Source: an uncultured Verrucomicrobiae bacterium (GTDB lineage Bacteria > Chlamydiota > Chlamydiia > Chlamydiales > Rhabdochlamydiaceae). From it: a stretch of DNA of 64,000 bases. Positions within the stretch are counted from its first letter, which is position 1, and each line of letters starts with the position of its first letter. Where the stretch lies: positions 192,001 through 256,000 of the forward strand of contig CAWFUG010000009.1 in assembly GCA_963818965.1 (NCBI GenBank), given 5' to 3'. This document shows positions 10,397 through 20,882 of this stretch, one piece after another. The notes beneath the pieces were generated by a model. That model worked only from the letters and a program-made list of their open reading frames with translations. It searched no databases and was not told where the DNA came from. A program made the position numbers and the translations under genes.

Positions 10397-11113
10397 CTAA
10401 CGCAGTACATAACCACCATCCACACAGAGCGTCGTCCCTGTTACATATCCATTCGAAATGAGATACAACACACCCTGAGCGACCTCATCTGGTACCCCTA
10501 AGCGCTTCAAGGGCAGTTGCTGTGTCAATCGAGTGACGAGCGCCTCTTTTTCCCTTTCCGGCATGCTCGAGAGGCGAGGGGAGTCGATAGACCCGGGAGC
10601 GATCACATTGACTCTCAAGGGAGCCAAGTCCACAGCCAAAGCCCGCGCTAACCCTTCTACTGCGCTGTTGATCGATGCCATGATGGCCATGTGGGGAAGC
10701 GGTCTCTGTCCCAGGACTCCTGAAAAAAAGACGATCGATCCCCCTTGTCGCATATGCGGCACTCCGTGCTTTGCAGCGTAGTATTGCCCCCAGAACTTGC
10801 TATCGAAGCTCTTGCGCGCAATCGTTGCATCCTGGAATGTACCCGGGGAGCTTTCAGCGCCTGGTGTGACCAAATGGTCAAAAGAGCCGACTTTAGAGAA
10901 AAATGCCTCCACGCTCTTTTCATCGTGCGTATCCACGCCAAACTCCTCAGCACCTCCTGGAATCTGCCCCTTAGCCGCTAGCAATCGCTCTGAAGATCTA
11001 CCGCCGATGACGACACGCGCTCCTAAAGAGCCCGCCCGGATCGCCGTCGCGAGCCCTAGCCCTGAACTCCCGCCGATGATGACGATTCTTTGGTTCTCAA
11101 TGATTTCTCGCAT
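10397..11113 (-). CDS. Short-chain dehydrogenase/reductase
   Basis: GGSSGLG Rossmann motif; RVNVIAPG; VTGTTLCVDGG. Confidence 0.9.
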   Translation of the reverse strand: MREIIENQRIVIIGGSSGLGLATAIRAGSLGARVVIGGRSSERLLAAKGQIPGGAEEFGVDTHDEKSVEAFFSKVGSFDHLVTPGAESSPGTFQDATIARKSFDSKFWGQYYAAKHGVPHMRQGGSIVFFSGVLGQRPLPHMAIMASINSAVEGLARALAVDLAPLRVNVIAPGSIDSPRLSSMPEREKEALVTRLTQQLPLKRLGVPDEVAQGVLYLISNGYVTGTTLCVDGGYVLR

Positions 11114-11474
11114 CGATATACTCCTGTTGAAACTGAATGGATGCCTCCATAATTGCCCGAAATGCAGGAAGGCTGATCTCTATAGGAACCCCTAATTCGA
11201 GAGATTGTTCCACGAGGATTTTTTCCTGATCAGCGACTCTTTTCCGATCATCTGCAATACCAGTCGTCTGAGACTTAATATCTCCCGCGCGTTTGACATA
11301 AGCCGTCCGTTCCGCCAGCAGTTTTAAGATCTCATGGTTGATCCGGTTGATCTCCGTGCGAATACAACCGATATCGTGACAATTTTCCCTTGCCTCCTCA
11401 TAACAAGAACGCATCCGATCTGCATTTAAACCACTGCAGACTACGAGCAAGAATAAGATAGCTTTTGTCATCAC
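11097..11474 (-). CDS. Chorismate mutase type II (AroQ-like) with putative signal peptide
   Basis: IRTEINRINHEILKLLAERTAYVKRAGDIK AroQ helix motif; hydrophobic N-terminus. Confidence 0.75.
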   Translation of the reverse strand: MMTKAILFLLVVCSGLNADRMRSCYEEARENCHDIGCIRTEINRINHEILKLLAERTAYVKRAGDIKSQTTGIADDRKRVADQEKILVEQSLELGVPIEISLPAFRAIMEASIQFQQEYIDARNH

Positions 11475-11563
11475 ACACCCTCATTTTGAAATTACTGAAG
11501 CAGAGGGTAGCATGACAATCTTTTTTTACAGAAACTTGAACTTAGAACAGAGTGTAAAGAGGA

Positions 11564-12439
11564 CTAACGTCCCATTACAAGAGTGGCCACATCGTCTGCT
11601 ACAGCATTGACGATGCTATTATGACCGTGATTGGGAACGAGGGCATATTTTACTTTGGCGCCAGAGACCCTCATTAAAGAAGAGCTATAGTTCGGTACGT
11701 GCCAATCGTGTGGAGAAGCGATGAAGGTGTAATCCCTTTTTAGGTTCGTGGTTCTTCTTGCGCGTTTGCAAGCCGTCTCTAATCGCTTCACTCGCTTAGA
11801 ATCTGTAGGCATCTCTTCAGCGATATTCTTGGACAAGAGCCAAGAGGCGTGCAGTTTTTTGGCCCATGTCACCAATGAGGAGCCTTTACAAGCCCCGACA
11901 ATCGACACAAAGCGCAACCGCTTTATCCTTCCCACTCGCCCAGAATTGATGAGTTTGGCTTCAATCGCTCTTGCAATCCTTCCTCCATTAGAAATACCTA
12001 CCAACACGAGTTCTTTTGCCTTTTTTGTTTTCGCCCATTTGACGATGTTTTTAAGAATCGGCGCTACCATTTTATCCAGTTTTGCATTTCCCTTGTCGCG
12101 GATTTTTGGGACATAAATAGCGGATTTTGAATCGTCCTTTTCGACCATCTCGTCGACAATTTTTTTAAATTGTGTAGGATTGTTGTTTAATCCATGCAAG
12201 CAGACGACCAATTTTTTACTCGACGGATGGGTCACAGGGGCTTTTGTATAGCGGGCCATTTGTTTCTCAGCGCCATTAATCGCCAGGAGCGCTTTGTTCA
12301 TATAATATGTAAATATATTTCCAAAACTAGAGAGCGCGCTGATCGCTTTCTCAATCCAAGGCTTCCTCTCAAAACGAGAAATACACGATGAGGGTGTTGA
12401 ATAGTATTTAACTGAACTGTCAGATGGTTTAATTTTCAT
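11564..12439 (-). CDS. Lys-rich alpha/beta hydrolase (lipase-like), possible effector
   Basis: CLHGLNN and GISNGG nucleophile elbow, C-terminal HGH; Ser-rich N-terminus. Confidence 0.7.
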   Translation of the reverse strand: MKIKPSDSSVKYYSTPSSCISRFERKPWIEKAISALSSFGNIFTYYMNKALLAINGAEKQMARYTKAPVTHPSSKKLVVCLHGLNNNPTQFKKIVDEMVEKDDSKSAIYVPKIRDKGNAKLDKMVAPILKNIVKWAKTKKAKELVLVGISNGGRIARAIEAKLINSGRVGRIKRLRFVSIVGACKGSSLVTWAKKLHASWLLSKNIAEEMPTDSKRVKRLETACKRARRTTNLKRDYTFIASPHDWHVPNYSSSLMRVSGAKVKYALVPNHGHNSIVNAVADDVATLVMGR

Positions 12440-12618
12440 TTTTTTGCGTAGTTGTTACTGTGTGACTAAATTATGCAACAACTATTAATTAAGATCGATA
12501 TTAAACGAATCGGCATAAGCAGTTTTTAGAAATATTCCGTTGGGGTAGTAAGAAATTAAAAATTTGATTTTGGGGAAGAGCCCTTAGAGCTCTTCCGGTG
12601 GAAGGAGTGACCCGTGAC

Positions 12619-14691
12619 TTAAGAATTTGTTGAGTCGTCCATCTGCTTCGACGAATAGGGGTATCCAGGCATAGAAGAAATTCGGTTGAGAACAATTCTT
12701 CGGAGATCATCGTCGAGCCTTAATGCCAAAGTCATAGCCTCTTCCCATTGTCCTTTTTTAGCTACGGTCTCTATAATATATCTTTGTATAGAATAGCTCA
12801 TTGGGAGTAACTCGATTTTCTTGGCAAGAAAAAGGAGCATTTCAAATTGCTCATATTCCAGATTATACTTTGCCAATATTTGCTGTATTAGCTCGATGAT
12901 GTCGCCATCTCCTCTTTGAATCTGGAACAGCTGCAATACCACATCCTCAACCTCTTTCCATTTTCCTTTTTCAGCTAGGATTTTTGCGAGGACTTTTAAG
13001 TGCCTTCGTGAAAAGGCCTGATCGCTACATTCGATGATTTTCGTTGTGAGAACGGATGCTTTTTCATATTCATCGCATTCTATCAACATCAGTGCCAGCT
13101 TAGAGGCGAGGGTTTGGTGTTTGTAAATGGTCAGGTCAAGCTGACAGGCTACGGCGAAAGCTTGGTTTGGATCATTTGCTTTCATGAAAAACTCGATTAG
13201 CTCACACCACGTGCTAGACCATTGCTCTACGCTATACGCACTACTACCGCGTAGTATGCGTGGTGCGATTAGCAGCGCTTCCTTGCTTTTTTCCTTCTCT
13301 AACAGTTCCTGGAAGATGTTATAAAGCTTATCTTGCTGCAAGGCTGCATCCGTTATTTTTTCCACACTCTTCATGGCGAAATCATTGAGATCAATATCCC
13401 AATTCTCATGTTCTAAAACAAATAAGACAATATACCCAAAGAAGGGATTTGCTTCTGATGGCGGCAGTTTGCATGCAAGACCAAAAATGAAGTCGAAATG
13501 GCCACGAACAAGCAATGGCAAACTGCTGTCTAATAACATTTTTACCCTTAGAGTTTCACTCCGCTCTTGATTAACAAATTGGAGGGCTAACTCTAAATTT
13601 AAAGGACTGTTCGTGGTCGGTATCTCGTGCATAAGCAGCCCACGTACTATCCAACCCATTCCTTTAAACACATCCTCCCCTCCATTGTTTGGCCCCAGAG
13701 TCTTTACGCTTGGGCTTTTATAACAGATTTTGTAGGCGCACTCGCCTACTCCTGCCTGGAAAAATGGCAGGATTTTTTTAATTATTTTCTGCGCAGATAG
13801 ATCAGTAGAACACAATAGGTCGCAGGAACGGACTACGAGCCAGTGCAATGGAGATGCGATAGAACACGTGAGAGAAGGGGCAGAGAACCGTTTGCGCAGC
13901 TGTTCTAGAGCATCGACGTCACTCTGAAGTAAAAAGTCCGCTAGTTTAACCAAGGTATTGTGTGTGACGCTTCTCAGTTTCTCTTCACTTTCGATGTGAG
14001 GGCTTTCAGGCAACTCGGCAATGGTCATACCCCAGAACTTGTTTAATTGATTTAACTCGCTCTCTATGCGCCGGAATCGCGTTCCCAATAGACAATCTCT
14101 GAAAAAAGAAGAGGTGCACGCTAGAGCTCTTGCATCTTTCTCTTGGGCACAATCTAAGATAATAACATCCCTCATTTCAAAAGGGAGGGTGTCAAAGAGA
14201 TCTTCTCCTCTGTATTGGGCATCCTCCTCTATGCGCTCGACAACGTTATTTTGGAAAATCTGTTTTAGAGCACCATCAGATGTTGGGCTTTTACTCTCTA
14301 TCTCAGAGCTTTCCATTGCAACACCACTGCAAGATTGAGCGGCTGCAATCACTTGTTGCAGAATAGAGATCTGCGCTAGCTTTTGGGGGCGAAATGAGCA
14401 CCGTGAGGTATCGGAGAGCAACTCGATAAAGGTTGCGCTTGAAAGGTCACCGACAGAAAGACCGCGTTTACTTAACTGTGACGGTCCACCGACAGAAGGT
14501 GTCTCCTTATTCAGTTTCTGACACAGAATATTGAGTTTGTTTTGTGTTTCAGCATCGAGAACGTTGTACTGCTCGATCGCAGCCTGAACGTCGCCCCATG
14601 ACAAATCGAAAGCCATCTGGTTCAGTGGGAGTAGTGTTAGGGTAACAGTGGGCTCGATGATATTAAATTGTGTATTTTGAACTAGACTCAT
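12619..14691 (-). CDS. F-box-like protein with C-terminal helical repeats, candidate secreted effector
   Basis: LFDTLPFEMRDVIILD...ALACTSSFFRD resembles an F-box; helical C-terminal half. Confidence 0.6.
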   Translation of the reverse strand: MSLVQNTQFNIIEPTVTLTLLPLNQMAFDLSWGDVQAAIEQYNVLDAETQNKLNILCQKLNKETPSVGGPSQLSKRGLSVGDLSSATFIELLSDTSRCSFRPQKLAQISILQQVIAAAQSCSGVAMESSEIESKSPTSDGALKQIFQNNVVERIEEDAQYRGEDLFDTLPFEMRDVIILDCAQEKDARALACTSSFFRDCLLGTRFRRIESELNQLNKFWGMTIAELPESPHIESEEKLRSVTHNTLVKLADFLLQSDVDALEQLRKRFSAPSLTCSIASPLHWLVVRSCDLLCSTDLSAQKIIKKILPFFQAGVGECAYKICYKSPSVKTLGPNNGGEDVFKGMGWIVRGLLMHEIPTTNSPLNLELALQFVNQERSETLRVKMLLDSSLPLLVRGHFDFIFGLACKLPPSEANPFFGYIVLFVLEHENWDIDLNDFAMKSVEKITDAALQQDKLYNIFQELLEKEKSKEALLIAPRILRGSSAYSVEQWSSTWCELIEFFMKANDPNQAFAVACQLDLTIYKHQTLASKLALMLIECDEYEKASVLTTKIIECSDQAFSRRHLKVLAKILAEKGKWKEVEDVVLQLFQIQRGDGDIIELIQQILAKYNLEYEQFEMLLFLAKKIELLPMSYSIQRYIIETVAKKGQWEEAMTLALRLDDDLRRIVLNRISSMPGYPYSSKQMDDSTNS

Positions 14692-14725
14692 TTAACGACC
14701 TGTATTTATTTAAGTTATTCTTCAA

Positions 14726-14754
14726 ATTATACATAAAATAAAACAAATTATCAA
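14726..14754 (-). promoter_or_regulatory. Sigma70/66-type promoter of the F-box gene
   Basis: TTGATA-N17-TATAAT on the minus strand, preceded by an AT-rich tract. Confidence 0.7.
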
Positions 14755-14842
14755 TTTTAAAAATTTATATAAATAATTAAATTTTTTTTATACAGTATCG
14801 TGTTTTGTTTATGAGTAAGGAAGAAGTTCGATTTCTAAAAGC

Positions 14843-15304
14843 TTAGACGATTTCCTCTACGCGCAGTAGCTCATTAGGTCTTTGCAAGACAGAGGTTTCA
14901 TGGATCTGAGCAATGATTCTCCGCTGTTCAGACCAAGCGAGTCGCCCACGTGCTTCTTCAAATGACAACCACTCGTAAGCGTCGTGTTCTTTGGGAGAAA
15001 GGATAACGTCCATCGTATCGACAAACGCCACAAAAACGGGCACAAAAGTGATCTTGTCACAGCTCTTCATATAGAAAGTCTCAACCGCGTCCGCAGAATA
15101 GAGCTCCCTTGGAACCAGACTCGTCTCTTCCTGAATCTCCCGCAGCGCAGCTTGGGGCGCCGTTTCTCCCTTTAAAACTCCTCCCGAAACCATCTGCCAC
15201 GTTCCTGGCAAGTATTTTCCGCACCGTCGCAACAGCAAATACCGCGCTTGACAGACGATGAAAACAGAAACGCAATGAGGCGCAACAAAAGAAATCATTT
15301 CCAC
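14843..15304 (-). CDS. NUDIX hydrolase (NudB-like)
   Basis: Nudix box GGVLKGETAPQAALREIQEETSL. Confidence 0.9.
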   Translation of the reverse strand: MEMISFVAPHCVSVFIVCQARYLLLRRCGKYLPGTWQMVSGGVLKGETAPQAALREIQEETSLVPRELYSADAVETFYMKSCDKITFVPVFVAFVDTMDVILSPKEHDAYEWLSFEEARGRLAWSEQRRIIAQIHETSVLQRPNELLRVEEIV

Positions 15305-15840
15305 TCCGCACGTTTTAGGCGGTACAGCACTTGCCGTCTCAACGGATGATCCTCCGCGACTCTAGGATGGTCGAAATCGTCTTGGGGATCGCGGTGCATG
15401 CCGAGTTTCTCCATGACCCTTCTCGAACGCCTATTCTCCACGGCGGTAAAGGAGACGATCTCATCAAGCTCAAGCGTCTCAAAAGCATATTTCAAAGCAG
15501 CCTTCGCCCCTTCCACGGCATAGCCCTGGCCCCAATGCTCAAAAGCCAAGCGCCACCCTATTTCGACCGCAGGTACAAAAGGAGCCTTAAAGTCGACCTC
15601 TTCCAATCCAATCATCCCGATAAAGACATCAGTTTCTGCCAGTGTTACCGCCCAGAATCCCCATCCGCGCCGCGCGATATTTTTCTGACAGCGCTCAACC
15701 ATCCGATCAGATTCCTCGCGACTCATTAGACCCGTATAAAATTCCCTGACCCTAGGATCGGCATTGAGTGCAGCAAAAGGCTCCAAATCTGATTCTCGCC
15801 ATTGGCGCAGGATGAGTCGTTCTGTCTTGATTGCGGACAT
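15295..15840 (-). CDS. GNAT N-acetyltransferase (RimJ/RimL family)
   Basis: TERLILR, EIGWRL..WGQGYA and NRRSRRVMEKLG motifs. Confidence 0.92.
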   Translation of the reverse strand: MSAIKTERLILRQWRESDLEPFAALNADPRVREFYTGLMSREESDRMVERCQKNIARRGWGFWAVTLAETDVFIGMIGLEEVDFKAPFVPAVEIGWRLAFEHWGQGYAVEGAKAALKYAFETLELDEIVSFTAVENRRSRRVMEKLGMHRDPQDDFDHPRVAEDHPLRRQVLYRLKRAEWK

Positions 15841-15903
15841 AATCTACCTAAATTTGAGGGGAGGCTTTAAAAAAACCTGCATTCCTGGATAAAAAAATTT
15901 AAA

Positions 15904-17157
15904 TCACTGCCGGTTTAGGGCTGCCATTTTCCTGCTATTCCAAAACCCCAGACTCGCCAGTAGAAAACACAAGGCCCCACCCCATGCGATCAGACTCGGA
16001 TAAGCACCCACAGCAGGGCCAACAAATAAGGGACTCAACCCCATTGCAGCAGCGCATACCGACTGATAGACACCTAATACTTCCCCTTGAGATTCGTTGG
16101 AGGTGTGGTTGGATATAACCGTAGTGGCCGTAGGGTAGGCAAAGGCCAGAGAACACAGCATCAATGGGGTAATCCACCAAATATATACGGATTCAGAGGG
16201 GATCAGAAAATTCAACATGCAAACTGCCACTAAAAAAGTCGAGGCAACTGCGATTTTTTCGGGCGAGAAGCGATGCGCGAACTGGGTGGCTATCAAGGCT
16301 CCAATAGCAAACCAAGCCCCGGTATACGCATAGAACTCACCAATATGACTTAAAGAAAAATCAAACCGTTCTCGCAGCAATAAAGGAACGAACTCATTGA
16401 AAAACGACCAGCCAAAATAAAGTGCAAAACCCGCAAAAAACAGCCACCTTAAATTTTTGATTAAGAATACTTTGCGAATGTTGTATAAACCTTCTACGAA
16501 ATTGAAAGTTTTTTTCTCTAAAATTTGTCGGGTCTCTGGGAACTTCCAAACAACTAAAATTAAATTTATTAAAGACATCAATCCTGCAGCAACCAGCGGG
16601 GTAGAATAATTAAACCAACTGACGACAGTAGGGTCAGCAATGATTCCGCCTATAAAAGGCCCAACAGTGAAGCCTAAGCCAAGACAGGAGCTTAAATAAG
16701 CAAATCTTTTCGCTTTGTTTTGCTCTGTACTGATATCTGCAAGTGCTGCCTGAGCCACCGCTGCGGTTGCATCTGAGGCGCCGATAAGTATGCGATACAA
16801 AAAGAGCAGCCATAACGAACTCATATAGATCCCTAGGACAGCAATCATATAGCCGAAACAGCCTAAACTGATTCCTCCTAAAAGAGCCGGTCTTCGTCCC
16901 TTAATATCAGAAAATGTTCCCAAAACAGGCGAAAAGAAAAACTGGGAAATAGGCGTGAGTGCAATGAGAATGCCGAGCATGGCCCCTCGATATTCGGGTG
17001 AGGAGTTTGCTGGGACAATCGAATTGCTCGGGTCGAATAACAGAACTGCAAATATCGGGTAAACCAGTCCGATACCGACATAATCCACAAAAGCAACCAG
17101 AAGGATGATGCTTAAACTCAATTTGGAATTGAGTTTTAAACCACTAGGACCGTCCAT
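15904..17157 (-). CDS. MFS transporter (TetA/DHA1-like)
   Basis: GTFSDIKGRRP motif A; about 12 TM segments. Confidence 0.9.
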   Translation of the reverse strand: MDGPSGLKLNSKLSLSIILLVAFVDYVGIGLVYPIFAVLLFDPSNSIVPANSSPEYRGAMLGILIALTPISQFFFSPVLGTFSDIKGRRPALLGGISLGCFGYMIAVLGIYMSSLWLLFLYRILIGASDATAAVAQAALADISTEQNKAKRFAYLSSCLGLGFTVGPFIGGIIADPTVVSWFNYSTPLVAAGLMSLINLILVVWKFPETRQILEKKTFNFVEGLYNIRKVFLIKNLRWLFFAGFALYFGWSFFNEFVPLLLRERFDFSLSHIGEFYAYTGAWFAIGALIATQFAHRFSPEKIAVASTFLVAVCMLNFLIPSESVYIWWITPLMLCSLAFAYPTATTVISNHTSNESQGEVLGVYQSVCAAAMGLSPLFVGPAVGAYPSLIAWGGALCFLLASLGFWNSRKMAALNRQ

Positions 17158-17321
17158 GACTAAACCTCGCCTATTGGGATTTTTTGAAAAAAAGGGCCCC
17201 GTTTATAAGCTAGTCGGCTTCAATTGTCAACAGGGAAATTATTGGAGATGAAAATGAGGTGCAAGTTATCCCGAGAACAACAGAAACCTTACTTGTAGAA
17301 AAAACAACTGTTTACGCTCCG

Positions 17322-19385
17322 TTATAGGGAGTCTGTCAAGGTCAGCAGCTGTTGCAGATTGAAATAGAGATCTTCTCTTGGGCCAGGCGGTAGGGGGGTA
17401 TATTGCCAGCTCAGATCGATTTGGGGAGTATTTTGAGCAGAGAGTTTGACGAGCCCAAAGCCGAGATCGATAATGGAAGGGGATTTGTGCAGTTGAGCGA
17501 GGATTTCCTGCGCACGGCCATGTTTTTCAAAATAAGCGGCTCCTATGAAAGCGAGAAGATGCGTCTTGTCCGCCTCTTCAGAGGAAAGCCGTTCATAATA
17601 TTGAGAAGTGATTGGGGAGCTGCTTTCGCCTGTGTAGAAGCAGAGAGCAGCTTCAGTACCTTTCGATAGGAAAAAAGTCTTATTGCCCGTGACAGGATTG
17701 GGGCCGACATGATACTCATGCGAAACGCGTACATCGATCATTCGGTCGGACTCATCTAAATCGAGCATGAGATTTTCGCCGAGGAGAAGCTTCTGATCAG
17801 GTGTAAAGTGGAGTGCAAGCGCTTGGTTGTTGAGATCGGCAATAGGGAAGGCAATGGAGGTCTTTTTCTCCGGATTATCATGTGAAGCAATGTCCACTTG
17901 GACCTTGGAAAAAAGGAGAGAATCTTTATTCAAAGACTCGAAGACTTCGAGGAATCCCGTCGTCGCAGGCCGAGGAAAGTCGACCCACGAAGTGAATTGC
18001 CTCTTGATCTGTACCGGATGAATGCCGACATCTGAGAGGGAGAGTCCTTGTTTTCCCAACTCTTCTTCGACAAAACGGAGGAACAGGATTCCGAGGGTGT
18101 CATCTCCTCCCGCATCGCTATGTTTTGAAATTCTCTGATCTCCTTTTGTGTAGCGCAATAGCCAACGATCCGCACTCGCATACTCTTTTGGCATCAGGCT
18201 GTAGAGATCAAAGCCCTCATTAACTTCCATCTCTTTCATCCAGGGGAAGAGGGGAATCCACTCCTTTCCATCGAAAAAGAGGACCCAAGGATAGGCTACG
18301 AGCGCTTCAGATTCTAGGGGTGTGCAGAGCAAATTTTCTAAAAAATGCTGCGGCAAAACATAGGGGTCTCCTATTGCATATAAAGCGGTGTAACCAGCTT
18401 TGCGCAATAGGTAGACGAGGAGCTGGCATTGCTCCCAAGGGGACCCACACTTTTCTAAAAAAGTCATGCAGGCATTGCGCTGAATGCTCCGCGCGTAAAA
18501 GATCCTGCCTGCCTGGCGAGACATTCGGTTATCGAAAGCGATTTCATTCTGGACATATCTCGCAAGAGTTAACGGATCGCCCTTTAACTGGTCCACAAAG
18601 GTATCGAGAACAGGAAAGCTCTTAGCGTGTCCCTCTTCTAATTGAACCGTAGGAGCATTTCGCTTGGATTTTTTATTTTTTGGAAGCGGTTCTTTTTCCT
18701 CCAAGCGCGTAAACTTCTCTTTTAAAGCAGCGCGTTGTGTGTGCCAAGTCTCAGCTTCTGTCGCGTACTGCATCGCACCCATCTGGTGTATTTCGATGAC
18801 TTGTCGTACAGTGTTCTTGCTTTCCTCATCGGGACACCAGTCCAATGCCTCGGTTGCAAGCCCCCTAGCCTCTTCGAAACGCAAGCTCACCTCATTGAGA
18901 GTCGAGATCACTTCATCGGCGCGGTTCCAGTCGCGCTGGCAATTTTGTCCCATCTCCTGAGCGCGCTCAGCTCTCCTGATACTCTCTTCATAAAGAGGAA
19001 CCGCCTTTGCGAGATGAATCGTACGGTGGACCGCGCCTTCTAGACTGTTGATCTCAGCGCGCAGCAGCATCTGATTCTGTTTACACTGCTGCTTGATCTG
19101 TGACCACTTCTTGCGTCTGCGCTTAGGCTTGCCTGAGATCTTCTTCAATACATGATTGTAGCGATCGATCGCCTTTTGACAAGAGTGGATGGACTTATGC
19201 AAAAGTCCGATCTGCTGCTCCTGTTCCGGAAGTCCCATCCCATTGAACTGTGTGATGAGCTCATCATGCTGCTTCCAATCTGCCATAGTTTTTTCCTCTA
19301 TTTTCGCATAATCCTGCTTCCAAAACCGCGCGTAAACCAGGTTCGGCACCACAATCAACAACATCCAGATGCGCATCCATTTCAT
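17322..19385 (-). CDS. Secreted protein with transglutaminase-like domain, possibly truncated
   Basis: Signal peptide, coiled-coil N-terminal half, GSPWEQCQLLVYLLRKAGY transglutaminase-like motif. Confidence 0.55.
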   Translation of the reverse strand: MKWMRIWMLLIVVPNLVYARFWKQDYAKIEEKTMADWKQHDELITQFNGMGLPEQEQQIGLLHKSIHSCQKAIDRYNHVLKKISGKPKRRRKKWSQIKQQCKQNQMLLRAEINSLEGAVHRTIHLAKAVPLYEESIRRAERAQEMGQNCQRDWNRADEVISTLNEVSLRFEEARGLATEALDWCPDEESKNTVRQVIEIHQMGAMQYATEAETWHTQRAALKEKFTRLEEKEPLPKNKKSKRNAPTVQLEEGHAKSFPVLDTFVDQLKGDPLTLARYVQNEIAFDNRMSRQAGRIFYARSIQRNACMTFLEKCGSPWEQCQLLVYLLRKAGYTALYAIGDPYVLPQHFLENLLCTPLESEALVAYPWVLFFDGKEWIPLFPWMKEMEVNEGFDLYSLMPKEYASADRWLLRYTKGDQRISKHSDAGGDDTLGILFLRFVEEELGKQGLSLSDVGIHPVQIKRQFTSWVDFPRPATTGFLEVFESLNKDSLLFSKVQVDIASHDNPEKKTSIAFPIADLNNQALALHFTPDQKLLLGENLMLDLDESDRMIDVRVSHEYHVGPNPVTGNKTFFLSKGTEAALCFYTGESSSPITSQYYERLSSEEADKTHLLAFIGAAYFEKHGRAQEILAQLHKSPSIIDLGFGLVKLSAQNTPQIDLSWQYTPLPPGPREDLYFNLQQLLTLTDSL

Positions 19386-19737
19386 AGAGATTCCTCGTTT
19401 GAGCAAACAAAATTATTAACCAAATTCGCAGTTAAACACCAGTGACAAATCAAGCTCCTTGAAAAAAAATTTAAGAAACTTCGATCAGCGAGCTCTGAAG
19501 TTATTAAAGGAAGATAAATAATAAAAAAGTTGCGCTCATGGAGAGCTAAGGTTGTACTGGACCTTAAAAACTGTCGAACGAATCTGGATCACTTCACCTG
19601 AAATTACATCAGTACTTCTCGTCAAAATAATTCAATTGACCGACCAGTAATGATCGTGCAATATCAAATTAATGTGAGTTGGGTTTAGAACGGAGGGACG
19701 TGTTATTAAATTTCCAACAGCCGAGAGCTTCTTCTAA

Positions 19738-20856
19738 ATGTTAAAAACATTAGGGAAATATAAAGATGTAGCACGGGTAGCGATACCAGCTTTGCTAGCT
19801 ATTAGCATAGTTGAGGTTGTGAATATCCAAATGTACCTTTCTGCTCCTTTAGCTCAAGGGGGAGCTCTTGTGCTTTTTCTGTGGGTAACATTACAGATGA
19901 TCCCAGGTTTTTTGTTTGGCTACATATCGGACAAACATTTTAGAAAGGCCACACTTATTATATGTCAAATCTTGGGATTAGTGGGTGGGCTAATTCTATG
20001 GGTTTTTGGATTCGAGACGTGGGTTTTTATATTAATTGCATTGACTTTCAACCCTATTCCAGTCGCTCGAGCTGCTCTTCTCGATCATTTTCCTAAACAT
20101 TCCACAGTGAAACTCGTTTCGATTACATTTTTTGCGCAATATTTTCCCTGGGTTATGTATTCCTATATTGCTGGAATTGAATTTTCTTCTGTTTTGAAAT
20201 TTGTTCTTTTTGTTTTGGCGTTAAATACCCTATTGACGATTTTTTTATTTAAAGGTGACGTGGCCAAGCCAGAGGAAGCTCAGCCAAAAAGCGAGGGAAA
20301 AATTCAATTATTCAGGAAAAATCTTCCTCTAACCTTTACTTTGGTGGCATTTATCTTTGCAGAAGCCGCTTTTTATTTACTCTGGGCCTTCCTTGAAAAT
20401 GATCCAAATGGGCATAAGATACTTTCTGTTACAAATATGGGAACCATCCTTGGTATAGGCATCGCAATGTTGTATACCAAAGTACACCATATGTCTATCA
20501 TTACCCTTTTCTATAGTGTGGGTGCTGCAGCTACTTTTATTGCATTCACTCATTGCTTTTCGTCTTCCATAGCATGCTTTGACAACCTAACCAGCTCTAT
20601 GAGCTTTTATTGCATTATCGGTGGGATGTATTTACCTTTTGTGACTGATGGGGTAATCAAAATGTTAGGCGCGAAACATAGAGCCTTGGGGTCCGCCTTT
20701 ATTGAATTGGGAAGTACTGTTGCTGTGTTTTTTGCGCCGGTCTTGAATATTCTATACCAGCAGAATTCTTACAACATACTATTGACTATAGTGATCTTCT
20801 TGTTTTTGGCTGCTTTTTTCCAAAAAGTAGTAGAAAAGAGAATTGTTTTTCGTTGA
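19738..20856 (+). CDS. Divergent MFS-type membrane transporter
   Basis: GYISDKHFRK (motif A-like); highly hydrophobic 372 aa. Confidence 0.7.
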   Translation: MLKTLGKYKDVARVAIPALLAISIVEVVNIQMYLSAPLAQGGALVLFLWVTLQMIPGFLFGYISDKHFRKATLIICQILGLVGGLILWVFGFETWVFILIALTFNPIPVARAALLDHFPKHSTVKLVSITFFAQYFPWVMYSYIAGIEFSSVLKFVLFVLALNTLLTIFLFKGDVAKPEEAQPKSEGKIQLFRKNLPLTFTLVAFIFAEAAFYLLWAFLENDPNGHKILSVTNMGTILGIGIAMLYTKVHHMSIITLFYSVGAAATFIAFTHCFSSSIACFDNLTSSMSFYCIIGGMYLPFVTDGVIKMLGAKHRALGSAFIELGSTVAVFFAPVLNILYQQNSYNILLTIVIFLFLAAFFQKVVEKRIVFR

Positions 20857-20882
20857 TGCTTTGGATAGCTATTTTCTCAAGC

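Noticed and set aside
19446..19744. Riboswitch or uORF upstream of the MFS gene
   Set aside because: No riboswitch consensus recognised; the GGAGGG-GTG short ORF (19700-19744) could equally be a one-base assembly deletion.
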